From NCBI GenBank assembly GCA_918797485.1, contig CAKKNE010000003.1:1922001-1986000 (forward strand): DNA of 64,000 nt, written 5' to 3'. This DNA comes from Pelagomonas calceolata. Lineage: Eukaryota. Shown here piece after piece: positions 1 through 9,926 of the stretch. Under the pieces are notes generated by a model. It saw only the letters and a program-made list of their open reading frames with translations. It did no database searches and was not told where the DNA came from. The stretch's first letter is position 1. Every line of letters starts with the position of its first letter. The translations under genes and the position numbers were made by a program.

Positions 1-888
1 GTCGCCGTCGCGGCGGACCGGGCGCACTACGTCGGACTGATAGCCTGTATCGGGTCCGTCTTCGCGGCAGCCAGGGACCCCTACCGGCTCCGCGTCTCGG
101 CAATCATACCAAGTAGAGGCGCGCGCGACGCCATGGCCCTGAAGCGCGCGCTGAAGTGCCGAGTACGGGGCCACGTGGCCGTCGTCGAGTTCGACGCGCG
201 GCAATTTTTGAGGAGCGTCGAGGTGCGCGCGCCGCGGGGCCCGGGCTACGGCAATTTAAGGAGCGTCGCGAACTTCGCGCGCTTCTTCCTGGATGAGTTG
301 CTGCCGGGCGCGGACCGCGTCGTCTACCTCGACGCGGATGCGATCGTCGTGAGAGATATTGCTACCTTGTACGACTCGAAGCCGGAGGCCGTCGTCGCCG
401 GCGTGCCGCGCAATCAAAAGGCCTGCTACGACGCCAAGGACCAGCGGCCGGGCATGTTCTTTTGTGATAACAACGATCTGGGAACGTTCGCCGACGCGTC
501 CGCGCTGAAGACGTTCAACGCCGGAGTAGTTCTTATCGATCTTAAACAGTGGCGCGCCTTGAAACTCGGCGACAAATTCATCGAAATGACGCGCGCCCAT
601 GCGAGGAAGAAGCTCTGGCGCCTCGGGTCGAACCCGCCGCTCGTATTATTGGCGCACGGCCGCTTCGAGGCGCTTGATCAGAGATGGAACTGCGACGGCC
701 TCGGCTGGAAGAAGCCCACGGATTTGGAGGAGACGTGTCTGAGGGACGGCGCCTTCGTCTGGCACTGGTCGGGGCCGAGGAAGCCGTGGCTCGCGGACGG
801 CCTCTACCCGCAGCTCTGGTGGCCGCACGTGCGCGACGCGCGGTGTTTACTGGGGCTGCCGGGCGTGCCGCTAAATGTGACTCGTTAG
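1..888 (+). CDS. Glycosyltransferase family 8 (GAUT/GATL-like), 5'-partial
   Basis: Frame is open from base 1. Motifs: YLDAD (DxD), FNAGVVLIDLKQWR, LWRLGSNPPL, HWSGPRKPW. Confidence 0.85.
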   Translation, partial: VAVAADRAHYVGLIACIGSVFAAARDPYRLRVSAIIPSRGARDAMALKRALKCRVRGHVAVVEFDARQFLRSVEVRAPRGPGYGNLRSVANFARFFLDELLPGADRVVYLDADAIVVRDIATLYDSKPEAVVAGVPRNQKACYDAKDQRPGMFFCDNNDLGTFADASALKTFNAGVVLIDLKQWRALKLGDKFIEMTRAHARKKLWRLGSNPPLVLLAHGRFEALDQRWNCDGLGWKKPTDLEETCLRDGAFVWHWSGPRKPWLADGLYPQLWWPHVRDARCLLGLPGVPLNVTR

Positions 889-966
889 TATTTTCTCCGT
901 TCGCCCCGTGCGTGTAGTCGTACTCTAGGGCTACCCCTCGGCACGCCATCGACGCGGCACTACAAC

Positions 967-1572
967 TTACGCGCTCGCCTTCGCCCGGTCGAGGCGCTCC
1001 TGGAGCGGCAAGGCGCCGCCGTCCTCGCGCGGCGGCGGGCTCGCGATGCGGTTCAGCGCGAGCTGGAGCGCCTCCGCGTCGCGCGCGTCGTCCTCGGCGC
1101 CGCGCTTCCGTTTTTTGGGGGGCGCGTCCGCGGCGAGCACCTTCTCCGGGAAGGGCGGGAGGAACGCGGGCACGTGCGCGCGCCGCGTCGTCGTCGCGCC
1201 GGCGCCGAGGACGCCGTAGCGGCTCGAGCGCTTCGGCGCCGGCAGCGTGGACCCCGGCTGGGCGGGAAGGCGCCAGCCGTGGCCCTCCCGCGGAAAGAAG
1301 AAGTCCCGTAATTCTTGCCACGCGACTCGGTTCGCGGGACTTTGCTTCAAAGCCGACAGCACATCATTTAAAGCGAGCTCCGACCGCGTCGCGTGCCGCG
1401 CGTTCGCCGCGGCGCGCCGCGCCAGCGCGCGCACCGAGGCCCGCACGACGTCCGCGAGCGCTTCGAGGGCGCCCTCGTCGGCCGCGGCGAAGCCTCTCTC
1501 TCTAGCTATCCTCGCCGCGGCGACGATGCAGGCGTCGCGCGCAAGGGACTGGGAGGTGGGTTGCTGGGCCAT
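967..1572 (-). CDS. TAF8: TFIID subunit 8-like (bromodomain-associated histone fold plus TAF8 C motif)
   Basis: Histone-fold segment GFAAADEGALEALADVV...ARHATRSELALNDV, followed by HVPAFLPPFP. Confidence 0.75.
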   Translation of the reverse strand: MAQQPTSQSLARDACIVAAARIARERGFAAADEGALEALADVVRASVRALARRAAANARHATRSELALNDVLSALKQSPANRVAWQELRDFFFPREGHGWRLPAQPGSTLPAPKRSSRYGVLGAGATTTRRAHVPAFLPPFPEKVLAADAPPKKRKRGAEDDARDAEALQLALNRIASPPPREDGGALPLQERLDRAKASA

Positions 1573-1810
1573 GGCTGCAAAAATCGCCAGTTGGCGCTCG
1601 GGGATTCACTTCCTCCCAGAAACTGGCTATTAACCCTCAAAAATCGCCGCTGGCAAAGGATGGGTGTGTGAAGCGCCTGCCGGGTCTCAGAGACCGCTGT
1701 TTTTTTGCTCAGGCTCAAGGCGCAGTCAGTAAGGCCGCGTTGTGAAACGTTCAGCACCGATAGGCTCGGAGCAGCCGAGGTAGTAGCGCTCTTTTTCAGC
1801 CCTTTGCTTC

Positions 1811-1831
1811 CTAGTGCCTTTCGACGCTAGC
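1811..1831 (-). promoter_or_regulatory. CTAG bipartite intergenic motif
   Basis: CTAGTGCCTTTCGACGCTAGC between divergent TAF8 and glutaredoxin. Confidence 0.55.
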
Positions 1832-1959
1832 TGCGCTTTCCTCTCCCAACATCAAACTCGCTTGCGCGGCCGGCTCTGAGCTTTATACGTGGCTGCGAGC
1901 TGCTTTAAACTGCACTTGACACACGCCGCCGCAGAACAACTTCGCTGCTTACGATAGAA

Positions 1960-2513
1960 ATGCGTGTGCTCCGAGTTGCTGCCTTGGTGGCTGCGGCCAA
2001 TGCATTCGTGGGCACCCGCGCGCGAATTCAAGCCGCAGGACTCCACGCCGTCGACGCGAAGTGACGATTTCGCACACAGGTGGCACCGCTCGCCGCGCGG
2101 CGGCCGGTCGCGGTCCGCGGCGCGCCCGAGGACGCCGCCGACGCAAAGATCGACTCCTTCGTCAAGGATAATAAGGTGCTAAAAACGGCGTCCGAGGCGA
2201 CGCACGCCCCCCAAACACGCCATCGACGCGCCCCGCGCAGGTCATGCTCTTCATGAAGGGCACGAAGATCTTCCCCCAGTGCGGTTTTAGCAATATGGCC
2301 GTGCAGATCCTCAACGCGATCGGCGCCGATTTTGAAACGTGCGACGTTTTGAGCGACGACTTCATCCGCCAGCAGATCAAGGTCTACTCGGACTGGCCGA
2401 CGATCCCGCAGCTTTATGTGGACGGCGAGTTCGTGGGCGGGTCCGACATCATGCTGGAGATGTACCAGGCCGGGGAGCTGCAGGAGATGATCGAGGTCGC
2501 GGCGGCTTCCTAA
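1960..2513 (+). CDS. Plastid-targeted monothiol (CGFS) glutaredoxin; exons 1960-2007, 2080-2175, 2241-2513
   Basis: [14 protein letters not shown] and GGSD motifs. Removing two GT-AG introns gives [19 protein letters not shown]...KDNK|VMLFMKG, with a signal peptide and ASAFAP-like motif. Confidence 0.9.
2008..2079 (+). mobile_element. Degenerate introner-like intron (glutaredoxin intron 1)
   Basis: Starts GTGGGCAC while the next exon starts GTGGCACC (near-TSD). Ends GATTTCGCACACAG, with a decayed inverted copy CCGCGCGCGAATTC just after the first 8 nt. Confidence 0.55.
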
Positions 2514-2557
2514 GGTATGGGTCTTTGTCTAATTAGTTCTTGCCATGTTTATCTAGA

Positions 2558-2752
2558 CTAGCTCGTCGACGGCGTCTCGCGGGCGCAGAGCGCGGCTCGC
2601 GCGTTTTGCAGGGACCCCTCGATGTTCTTTGTGAGGGGATGCGCGCCACCAAACACGCGCCGCGCGGTCCGTTCCGTTTCCTCGAGCGTTGTTGCGGCCT
2701 CGCGGAGGTCGTCGAGCGTGGTGGCGGCGTCGTGGTAGAGCGACTGCGCGTA
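2558..2752 (-). pseudogene. 3'-terminal relic of a TPR-like repeat gene
   Basis: Translates to YAQSLYHDAATTLDDLREAATTLEETERTARRVFGGAHPLTKNIEGSLQNARAAL...*. There is an in-frame stop shortly upstream and no start codon. Resembles 35276-35794 (MLEDTWRRAKRVFGPSHEIT). Confidence 0.65.
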
Positions 2753-3363
2753 AGGCTCCCGGCGGCTCGTCAGTCTCCCGACCCCACTATCTCGATTATT
2801 CGGACTTTAGAACTGAACCTGCGACCATCAGCCCGTGTACCATCCCCATGGACCTTGACGCGATCATTTGTTCCATGATCGATTGACTTGCGCGAGGTCC
2901 AGATCAAGATGTTCACGTCCCGAGCGTGGGCAGCCAAAAGTACCCTTCTTATAATGTAGATGTCATATACTTGTAATTGACTATCGCTGGGGTAGTATGG
3001 GGTCCAACGAGACCGCTACGGCGACTACTGGGGGCCCTCGGGTAATTGACGGTTTTGACGGGAACGGGGTGCCATTGGCCAATAGAGGTATAGCGCTGAG
3101 AGATGTATGTTAATTTGGAAGCGGCGGCGTAGGCGGCGTAGGCGATTGCACATGTGGAGTACCGACCCAAAACGACTTCCGGAAGGCTTCTGGGCCGCCC
3201 ATCGACAGGATTCCACCGATGCGCCCGCCATGGCGGCGTCGTCAATATCGCGAATAAAAAAAAATATTTTTTTCGCCCCCCAGTATGTGCCCCATTGATC
3301 TCTTTGGACCATTAGCGAACTGAACTGTACTAAGACGGCTGCATGCGGGCGCTCGAGTGCTTG

Positions 3364-3386
3364 CTAGTGTCTTACGTGCCGCTAGC
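3364..3386 (-). promoter_or_regulatory. CTAG bipartite intergenic motif
   Basis: CTAGTGTCTTACGTGCCGCTAGC upstream of 3575. Confidence 0.7.
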
Positions 3387-3574
3387 TAACAGCAAGCACA
3401 GCACGGACTCGACAGCCTTGTAGACGGCCTTGCAGGACGCACAAGGATTTGCGAGCACGGCCGCACATCTGAAGCGAGAGACCGCAGTGGCGATCGATCG
3501 CTGCGACCAGTTGTCATCATCAGTAGCAGCCAGTAGCCAGCCTCAGCACTGCCAGCAGCACAGCCGCAATAACC

Positions 3575-4141
3575 ATGCGCCGCATCGCTCTGCTGGCGGC
3601 ATGCAACGCCGTCGCCGCGTTGCGACTCTCGCGGAGGCACGCCCTCGCCGGCATCGCTGCCGCACCGCTCGTGCCGGCGAACGCCTACGCGGCGGGCAAC
3701 CTGGGCGCGGCGCTCGCCGTGTTTTCCGCGTCCAATCCGACGGTGTCGCCGTTCACCGGCTTCTACAAAGACCCGGAGCACCTCGAGGGCTACCGAACGA
3801 TCAAGGCCGACAACTACGCGGGCACGCTGCAGGTGCGCGGCCGGGACAGCGCGGACGGCTCGGAGTTTGTCTTGGACGGCGAGATCATCTCTCAGTTCGA
3901 CGCCGTGATTGACTTCTCGCCGAAGGGCGGGCCGAAACGCCTCGCGGCGCGGTTCAGACTGCTACCGGGCGGCCGGCCAATACTGGAATTCCCGGACGGA
4001 AATGCCTGGGCACGCTTGTCCGACAAGCCCGACCCGAACGTGATGGCCGAGATCGAGCGCGACCGTATCGCGAACAGACCAATGTCGGCCGACACGCGGT
4101 CGGGCTTCGCAAAAGTGATGGGGGCTTTGTCGGAGAAGTAG
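3575..4141 (+). CDS. Conserved algal protein of unknown function, probably plastid/thylakoid lumen
   Basis: Signal peptide, then a twin-Arg RRHALAG...PANA segment. Globular part has YKDPEH, IDFSPKGGPK and FPDGNAW. Confidence 0.7.
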   Translation: MRRIALLAACNAVAALRLSRRHALAGIAAAPLVPANAYAAGNLGAALAVFSASNPTVSPFTGFYKDPEHLEGYRTIKADNYAGTLQVRGRDSADGSEFVLDGEIISQFDAVIDFSPKGGPKRLAARFRLLPGGRPILEFPDGNAWARLSDKPDPNVMAEIERDRIANRPMSADTRSGFAKVMGALSEK

Positions 4142-4384
4142 TTGTTTGGCGCGTAAGTGTGGGTAGGACTGTCTCGGGGTCTTGTCGCAGGATCAATCAG
4201 GATCCGGCCTTTTCGCGTATGCGCGCGCGCGCGCCCCTCCAAAAAAAACGGGTTTTTCACCCTAAGTTTTTCGCAGCGTGCGCGGCGTTGCCACTGTTTT
4301 TGCGACTTTGAGTGAAGGCTTCCAGTTCGCCCGAGCGGCGCCACGACCGCTCGTCCAATTTGCGGGGCCGAGCGGCGAGCGGCC

Positions 4385-5249
4385 ATGGACTTCGACCTGG
4401 CTCTCGAGTGTGTGGACCCGACGACGAGAGAGAGTACGACGAGACGCGGCGACGGCGAATCCGCGTGGACCCCGACCCGAGCAGCCTGTAAACTATGTGG
4501 CGACGAACAGTCGGACCCGCGCGACGCGCCGTGTTGCGGCGCGACGCTTTGCGCCGCGTGCATAGTCTCTTCGGCGGCCGCGGGCGCCATGCGCGAGCGT
4601 GAGGGCGCACGTGGTTCATTTTCGAGCGAGCAACGGGACGTGCCGGTGCGACGTGTGCCAGGCCTTCGCGAAGTTGGTCGCGCAACACGCTCTGAAGTGC
4701 AGCCGAGAGACGTGCCCCATTCCCGGTTGCACACGGGCTCGTGGTTTGGCCGCGAGCATGCCCACGACGCCGCCTCCGCGGGAAACTGCAACTACAGCGC
4801 AGCTTGCTATGCGTGCAGCCGCAATTCGGACTTGGAGGACGGCTCCGCAACAGCCGGCTCCCGAGTTCGTTCTGCCGCCGGCGCCGCCGCCGCGGGAAAC
4901 TGCGCCGACGACGCAAGCCGCGGTCCCGTCCGTGCCGCCGCCGCCCGTCGCTTCCGCGGAGCAAGCCGCACCTCCCGCGCCGCCGCCCGCCGAGCCGGGA
5001 TCGCGCGACCTCTTCGACGAAAGTAGTGACGAGGAGGACGCGACGTGCGCCATCTGCCTCGAACCGCTCGGCGACGCGCCGCGGATGCCCGGCTGCGCGC
5101 ATCGGTTCCACGCCGCGTGCGTTCTTGGGCCGGACTCGCTCGCGTCTCACGCTTGGGCCGACGGCGTGATGCCGTCGACGCGGCGCGGCCAGCGGGTCCT
5201 ATGCCCTCTGTGTAGGGCCCCGTCGCTGATTCCGCCAGGCTTCCTTTAA
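4385..5249 (+). CDS. Zinc-finger protein (RING-like, TAZ-like, C-terminal RING-H2); exon structure unresolved
   Basis: CKLC...CC...CAAC lies in one frame. TAZ-like C..H..CRCDVC...HALKC...CPIPGC and RING-H2 CAIC...CAHRFH..C...CPLCR lie in another. The frame changes near 4560-4580; possible intron 4410-4484. Confidence 0.55.
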
Positions 5250-5272
5250 GTATCAAGCTTAGTCCACCTAAC

Positions 5273-7066
5273 TCACCCAGCCCGCTCCCGCAGCTTCTTC
5301 AGCCGGTCCGACACGGGCTTCCGCCCCCCACCGGCGGCCTTCTTCGCCTCGCGCTGGGCCATGTACTGCTGCAGCGACGCGTCGACGTTCGCGTCCGCGG
5401 CGCGTTGCGCGGCCTTTTCCTCTTTAGTTTTGGGCTGCGCGCGCGGCGCCACGGCGGTTCCACCGGGGACGGGCGCCGAAGGTCCGCCCCGGAAGTTCAT
5501 GAAGGCGGCGTCGGCGCCCGACGGGCTCGTCGGAGCCTTCACCGGGACGGCCTTCGGCGGCTTGGGCGGCGCCGGGGCCTTGGCCGCCGCGAGCGCGGCC
5601 TTGCCCTTGGCGGCGCGCTCGGGCGGGCACGCGGCCAATTGAGCAGCCTCGAACCAGGACGTCGTCGCGCGGGGGCCCTTGACCTCGTAGGGCACGCGAC
5701 TACGATCATCAGCTTTGATCTCGCCGACCTCGTTGCCTCTTATCGAAGGTTCCGCGCCGCCTTTCCGTTTCAAAGTGTCGACCGGCTCAGCGTCAGGTAA
5801 TGAGGCCGCCAGGACCACCAAAGTCCCGGGCTTGAAGCGCGTCGAGCGCACGTCCAACCCGCCCCGCTGGCCCGGCTTGGCCGGCGCCTTCAGGGCGCCG
5901 ACGGCCGTCAGTTTCGTGAGCCACGACGGCACCTTGGCCGGCGCCTTTTTCGTTTCAACAGCTTTGGCAACTTCGGGCGGCGGCGGCGCTTGCGTCGACA
6001 CGTCGTCGTCCTCGTCCGAAGAGACGTCGTCGACCGGCGACTTGCCGGAGCCGAAGCAGGCCACGCAGATGCACTTGGACCCGCTCGGCAGCGTCTTCCT
6101 ACCCGTACCTTCGCAGTCGCAGCACGGCCGCGGGCCCGGCGGTCTCGGTATCGTGCCGGCCTCCCAGACGCGCACCACCCGGTCCGAGCCGCAGGCGTAG
6201 ACGACGTCGTCGACGACGGACAGGGCCGTGGGTTTCTTGCCCGGGGCCCGCAATTCATCTAAGAGTGAACACGAGGTAGGATCCCACAACGCGACGCCGC
6301 CATCTTTGGACGCAGATAACACCCCTTTCGAGCACATCGCGAGAGCAACAGGAGCGTCCTGGTGCTTGCCGACCACTCGGGACTGATTGGGCTTGCGCGC
6401 GTCCCAGGCCAGCACTTGCGCGCGCCTCCCTCCCAGCGAGTAGATCGCGGACCCGTCCCGCGCGATGCCTCTGTTCGCGATCTCGGGGTGCTCTCCCAAC
6501 GCGACGGGCGTGCCTCCTCTTCTATCCCAGAGCTGCAGCCGGCCGGCGGCATCTACTAACGTGATGACGTTCGACTGGTCCGAGAGCACGCACTTGAGGC
6601 CGTAGTCTTCTGATTCTGACGGTGCTAACTTCGCGACGCAGGGCGCGTCTTCTCTCGATAAGTCGGACACCCGACAAAAGCCGTCGTCGCCGCCCGTCGC
6701 CACTCTATTGGTGGTGAAGCCGCTGACGCATCGAGTGGCGCCCTGGTGCCCTTGGAGCGACGCGACCTGGGCGCCGGTCGTCGCGTCCCAGGCCTTCGTC
6801 GCGAGGGCGCCCGCGCCCAGCAGCAGCTGGTCCTCGACGAGCTCCAAGTCATGCTGCCAGCCGTCGACCTCGATGGAACCGCGCTCGCCGAACTTGAGGG
6901 ACGGCCGTCCCGTGTCATTCGTCAAACACACGCGGCCGTCCGACGCCGTACTATAGACGCCGCCGTCCTTGCGCGCACAGATGCGCGTCACGGCGACGGC
7001 GTGGGGCAGCGCCGTGAGGCGCTTTAATGCGTTTTGGGGCTCGGTCGGGGGTGGGGCAGAGGCCAT
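5273..7066 (-). CDS. WD40-repeat protein with CxxCxGxG zinc ribbon and low-complexity tail
   Basis: Multiple GH...WD repeats; CCDCEGTG...CVACFGSG. Start chosen at MASAPP. Confidence 0.8.
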   Translation of the reverse strand: MASAPPPTEPQNALKRLTALPHAVAVTRICARKDGGVYSTASDGRVCLTNDTGRPSLKFGERGSIEVDGWQHDLELVEDQLLLGAGALATKAWDATTGAQVASLQGHQGATRCVSGFTTNRVATGGDDGFCRVSDLSREDAPCVAKLAPSESEDYGLKCVLSDQSNVITLVDAAGRLQLWDRRGGTPVALGEHPEIANRGIARDGSAIYSLGGRRAQVLAWDARKPNQSRVVGKHQDAPVALAMCSKGVLSASKDGGVALWDPTSCSLLDELRAPGKKPTALSVVDDVVYACGSDRVVRVWEAGTIPRPPGPRPCCDCEGTGRKTLPSGSKCICVACFGSGKSPVDDVSSDEDDDVSTQAPPPPEVAKAVETKKAPAKVPSWLTKLTAVGALKAPAKPGQRGGLDVRSTRFKPGTLVVLAASLPDAEPVDTLKRKGGAEPSIRGNEVGEIKADDRSRVPYEVKGPRATTSWFEAAQLAACPPERAAKGKAALAAAKAPAPPKPPKAVPVKAPTSPSGADAAFMNFRGGPSAPVPGGTAVAPRAQPKTKEEKAAQRAADANVDASLQQYMAQREAKKAAGGGRKPVSDRLKKLRERAG

Positions 7067-7363
7067 ATTGCCTTGACTGGTCGTGGTGCACTTGTGGCCC
7101 GTCGCGGTGGCCTCCTTGGTCGTTCGGGGCATCGCTCGGGCAGCCCTTTGCCAGCTCCGATTCGAAGCCGCTGCCGGCCGGAACCCGAATTAAAATGTGA
7201 TTGTTCCGGCCGCCCGTCGAGGGCTTGCGAGCCCTCCGGCGAGTGCCAGACTGGTCCCAAGAGGCCAACGTTTTCGAAGCTGCCCGCATTAAATTTTCGT
7301 GTGACCGCGCATGCTCCGCGCGCGGGACGACACACCCGCGCACCCATCGAGGTATAGTGGCGC

Positions 7364-8389
7364 ATGGGCCGCCGTCAGCGCCTGCTCACCGCCTACAAGC
7401 ACTCCGCCGTCAAAACAGTGGTCCTCACCGCCATGCTGCTGGCACTCACTCAATGGCTCCTCCACAGCCAACCAAAGAAGGCTGCCCCACCGACACCACC
7501 GACACCACCAGAGCACAACTCCCACTTCATCGTCGTCACGACGCAGCGCTCCGGGAGCCGCTGGATGGTCGACGAGCTCCGGCGCGCGCGCTGCATCGAC
7601 TGCGGCGGCGAGTACTTCAACGCCAAGGACTTCTGGACGAGACCAAAGATGCGCACGGCGGTGGACGGGTTTTTGACACTCGCGCCGGGTAAAAATGTGA
7701 CAGTGGTCGGCAAGGCGTTCGAGGACATGCGCGACGTCTGGGCGCGCAAGGAAAAGGGTACGTCCCCGAAGCGCCGCCAGGGCTTCAAGTGGATGCTGAA
7801 CCAGCCCTTTGATATCGGCGCGGAAGAGGCTTTTGACTTGTGGCTACTGCCGGTGCTTAAACAAAGGCGGGCAAAGCTGATCTTTCTGGTGAGAAGACAC
7901 TTACTACGGCTCCTGGTCTCCAAAGTAACGAACGCGGACTCCAAGGGGACCAAAAAACACGTCCCGCACGCCCACACCACGGAAGAGGCTTCGAGCGTGG
8001 CCAAAAAGGTCGAGCTGCCCCGGCGGCGCGGGTTATTGCGAGCACTGGATCGGGAGAACCGGACCATGACTACCCTCAAAGCACTCTTCGAGACGTGCCA
8101 GAAGGCGGGCATCCCCTCGAAATTCCTGGTGTACGAAGACCTAGATAGGGACAACGCGCAGTTTAATGATATAAGGAGCTGGCTCGTCGATGGTGATTCC
8201 TGCGCCCAGGACTTCGACAAGCCGTCGAAGGACGTCAAGATCCATAGTCATCCGGATTTGCGGGAGTACGTCGCGAACTGGGAGCGCGTCAAGAATACGT
8301 TGAGGGGGACGGCCTACCAGCACCTGCTCTGCGACGATTTGCGGGACGCGCCGGAGAGCGATGTGGGGCGGGGGCGCGCTTGTGACTAG
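7364..8389 (+). CDS. Type II membrane sulfotransferase (Stf0/NodH-like)
   Basis: N-terminal TM segment, PAPS-binding TTQRSGSRW, GFKWM, IFLVRRHLLRLLVS and YEDL. Confidence 0.8.
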   Translation: MGRRQRLLTAYKHSAVKTVVLTAMLLALTQWLLHSQPKKAAPPTPPTPPEHNSHFIVVTTQRSGSRWMVDELRRARCIDCGGEYFNAKDFWTRPKMRTAVDGFLTLAPGKNVTVVGKAFEDMRDVWARKEKGTSPKRRQGFKWMLNQPFDIGAEEAFDLWLLPVLKQRRAKLIFLVRRHLLRLLVSKVTNADSKGTKKHVPHAHTTEEASSVAKKVELPRRRGLLRALDRENRTMTTLKALFETCQKAGIPSKFLVYEDLDRDNAQFNDIRSWLVDGDSCAQDFDKPSKDVKIHSHPDLREYVANWERVKNTLRGTAYQHLLCDDLRDAPESDVGRGRACD

Positions 8390-9627
8390 GATTTCTTTAC
8401 TCGTCGGCCGGCGAACGCCTTTTCCTGGGACCCGCGCACCTTCTTCTTGCGCAGATCCGCCGCGTAGGCGTCGTGGGTAGAATCCAACGAGAAGCCGGCG
8501 ACGGCCGAACTCTTCCTAACGTTGCCGTCCTTATGTTCGGAACCGCCGCCCTGCTCGATGTAGGCGTAGATTTCTTTGGCCTTCTCCAGGTCACCTCGTT
8601 GATAGGCCGCGGCGGCATGATCTAATACTTTATCTGGATCTGATTCCCGCATGTAGGCCTCGCCCTCGCCGACTTTCTCGTCGCTGCTACGACCACCACC
8701 AATCTCCGGTATGAGCCGAGCGACGTCGTCGACGACTTGCTGGATACTTCTCGTACCCACAACGCGCTTCCGCTTCGTTTCGATCTTTTCCCAATTGAAC
8801 GTCATCCCGAACGCCCGTTCTCTGACAGATCTCTGGATGGAAAAGGCCGGCATGAGCAGGTGGTGGTGCTGGTGCGAAAACGCGACGAATTCATCCCGCG
8901 AGATGTTCCCGTTCCCATTTGCATCTAACGTGTTCATCACTCGCGTGAGTTTCGAATCTAAGGGTTTGGTCCCGTCGATGAGCCTCGGCCCCGTGTTGTG
9001 CACGGAGTAGATCTGGGCCACCGCGAGTCGCACCTCGCCGCGGTTCAGGTAGCCCTTGTGGTCGCGGTCCATCATGTAAAAAGCTAGGGTCCCGAGGTCG
9101 AAGGCGCAGAGGAGCCACACCGCCAAGGCAAATTCAGCGAAACTGAAGCAGACTTTTTCTACCTCTTTGGCACTTAAGCCTTCGATGGGGATCTTCTTGG
9201 GCATGAGCAGGATCTGCGTGCAGAAGATCGAGGTCTCGAGCCGGAAAAAACGGTAGAAGTCCGCCACCGTCGGATACCTCGTCTTGGCGTTTTTGGCCTT
9301 GTGTCGATGCCCATCTTTGGCCCTTATCTTATTATACGCCGCGTAGAGCTTCTCGGTCTCCTTGGCGTCCCATAGACCGGCATCCACCAACCGCATCGCC
9401 GCCATGCGGTCCATCGGGTTCGTGTCGTTATCTTTCAGTGTACCTTTCTCCATCCTCTTAAAATAGGCCTCCTTCATGGTCATGGACTTCTTCGGGCTGT
9501 CGTCCTGCTCTTTTGGCTCCTTGGGGGTGCGGGTCGTGGCCTTCTTGTACGCGTTTCTCGCATAAATCTTGGCCTCCTCATATTTCACAGCCATGTTGGT
9601 CTTGAACTCGGCGCTGAGGAGCGGCAT
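8386..9627 (-). CDS. EF-hand calcium-binding protein
   Basis: EF loops DRDHKGYLNRGE and DANGNGNISRDE. Start uncertain (9627 or 9594). Confidence 0.8.
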   Translation of the reverse strand: MPLLSAEFKTNMAVKYEEAKIYARNAYKKATTRTPKEPKEQDDSPKKSMTMKEAYFKRMEKGTLKDNDTNPMDRMAAMRLVDAGLWDAKETEKLYAAYNKIRAKDGHRHKAKNAKTRYPTVADFYRFFRLETSIFCTQILLMPKKIPIEGLSAKEVEKVCFSFAEFALAVWLLCAFDLGTLAFYMMDRDHKGYLNRGEVRLAVAQIYSVHNTGPRLIDGTKPLDSKLTRVMNTLDANGNGNISRDEFVAFSHQHHHLLMPAFSIQRSVRERAFGMTFNWEKIETKRKRVVGTRSIQQVVDDVARLIPEIGGGRSSDEKVGEGEAYMRESDPDKVLDHAAAAYQRGDLEKAKEIYAYIEQGGGSEHKDGNVRKSSAVAGFSLDSTHDAYAADLRKKKVRGSQEKAFAGRRVKKS

Positions 9628-9926
9628 CCTTTGTCTTGCTGGCAGCCTTATCTTCGTCTTGCTGGCGGCTGGCGGCGTGGGGTTTCGACAGCCTTTTGGT
9701 GGCTGTTGTCCAGGGGCGCCGTGGACGGTCAAAGGGCTGCTCGGTTCGGCTGCGGGGCAGCCGTTGGCGATCGCTGCGGCGGTTTGGCGCCGTCTTCGTC
9801 CTGGGGCGCTGCGGTATCGGACAAAGCTTCGATCCCGTTGGGCCGTAATCCTAGTGTCTGTATACACTAACTCTGTCCACGGAAGATGTCAAATCCTGCG
9901 CTCCACTGACTCACATACAAGGCTCC

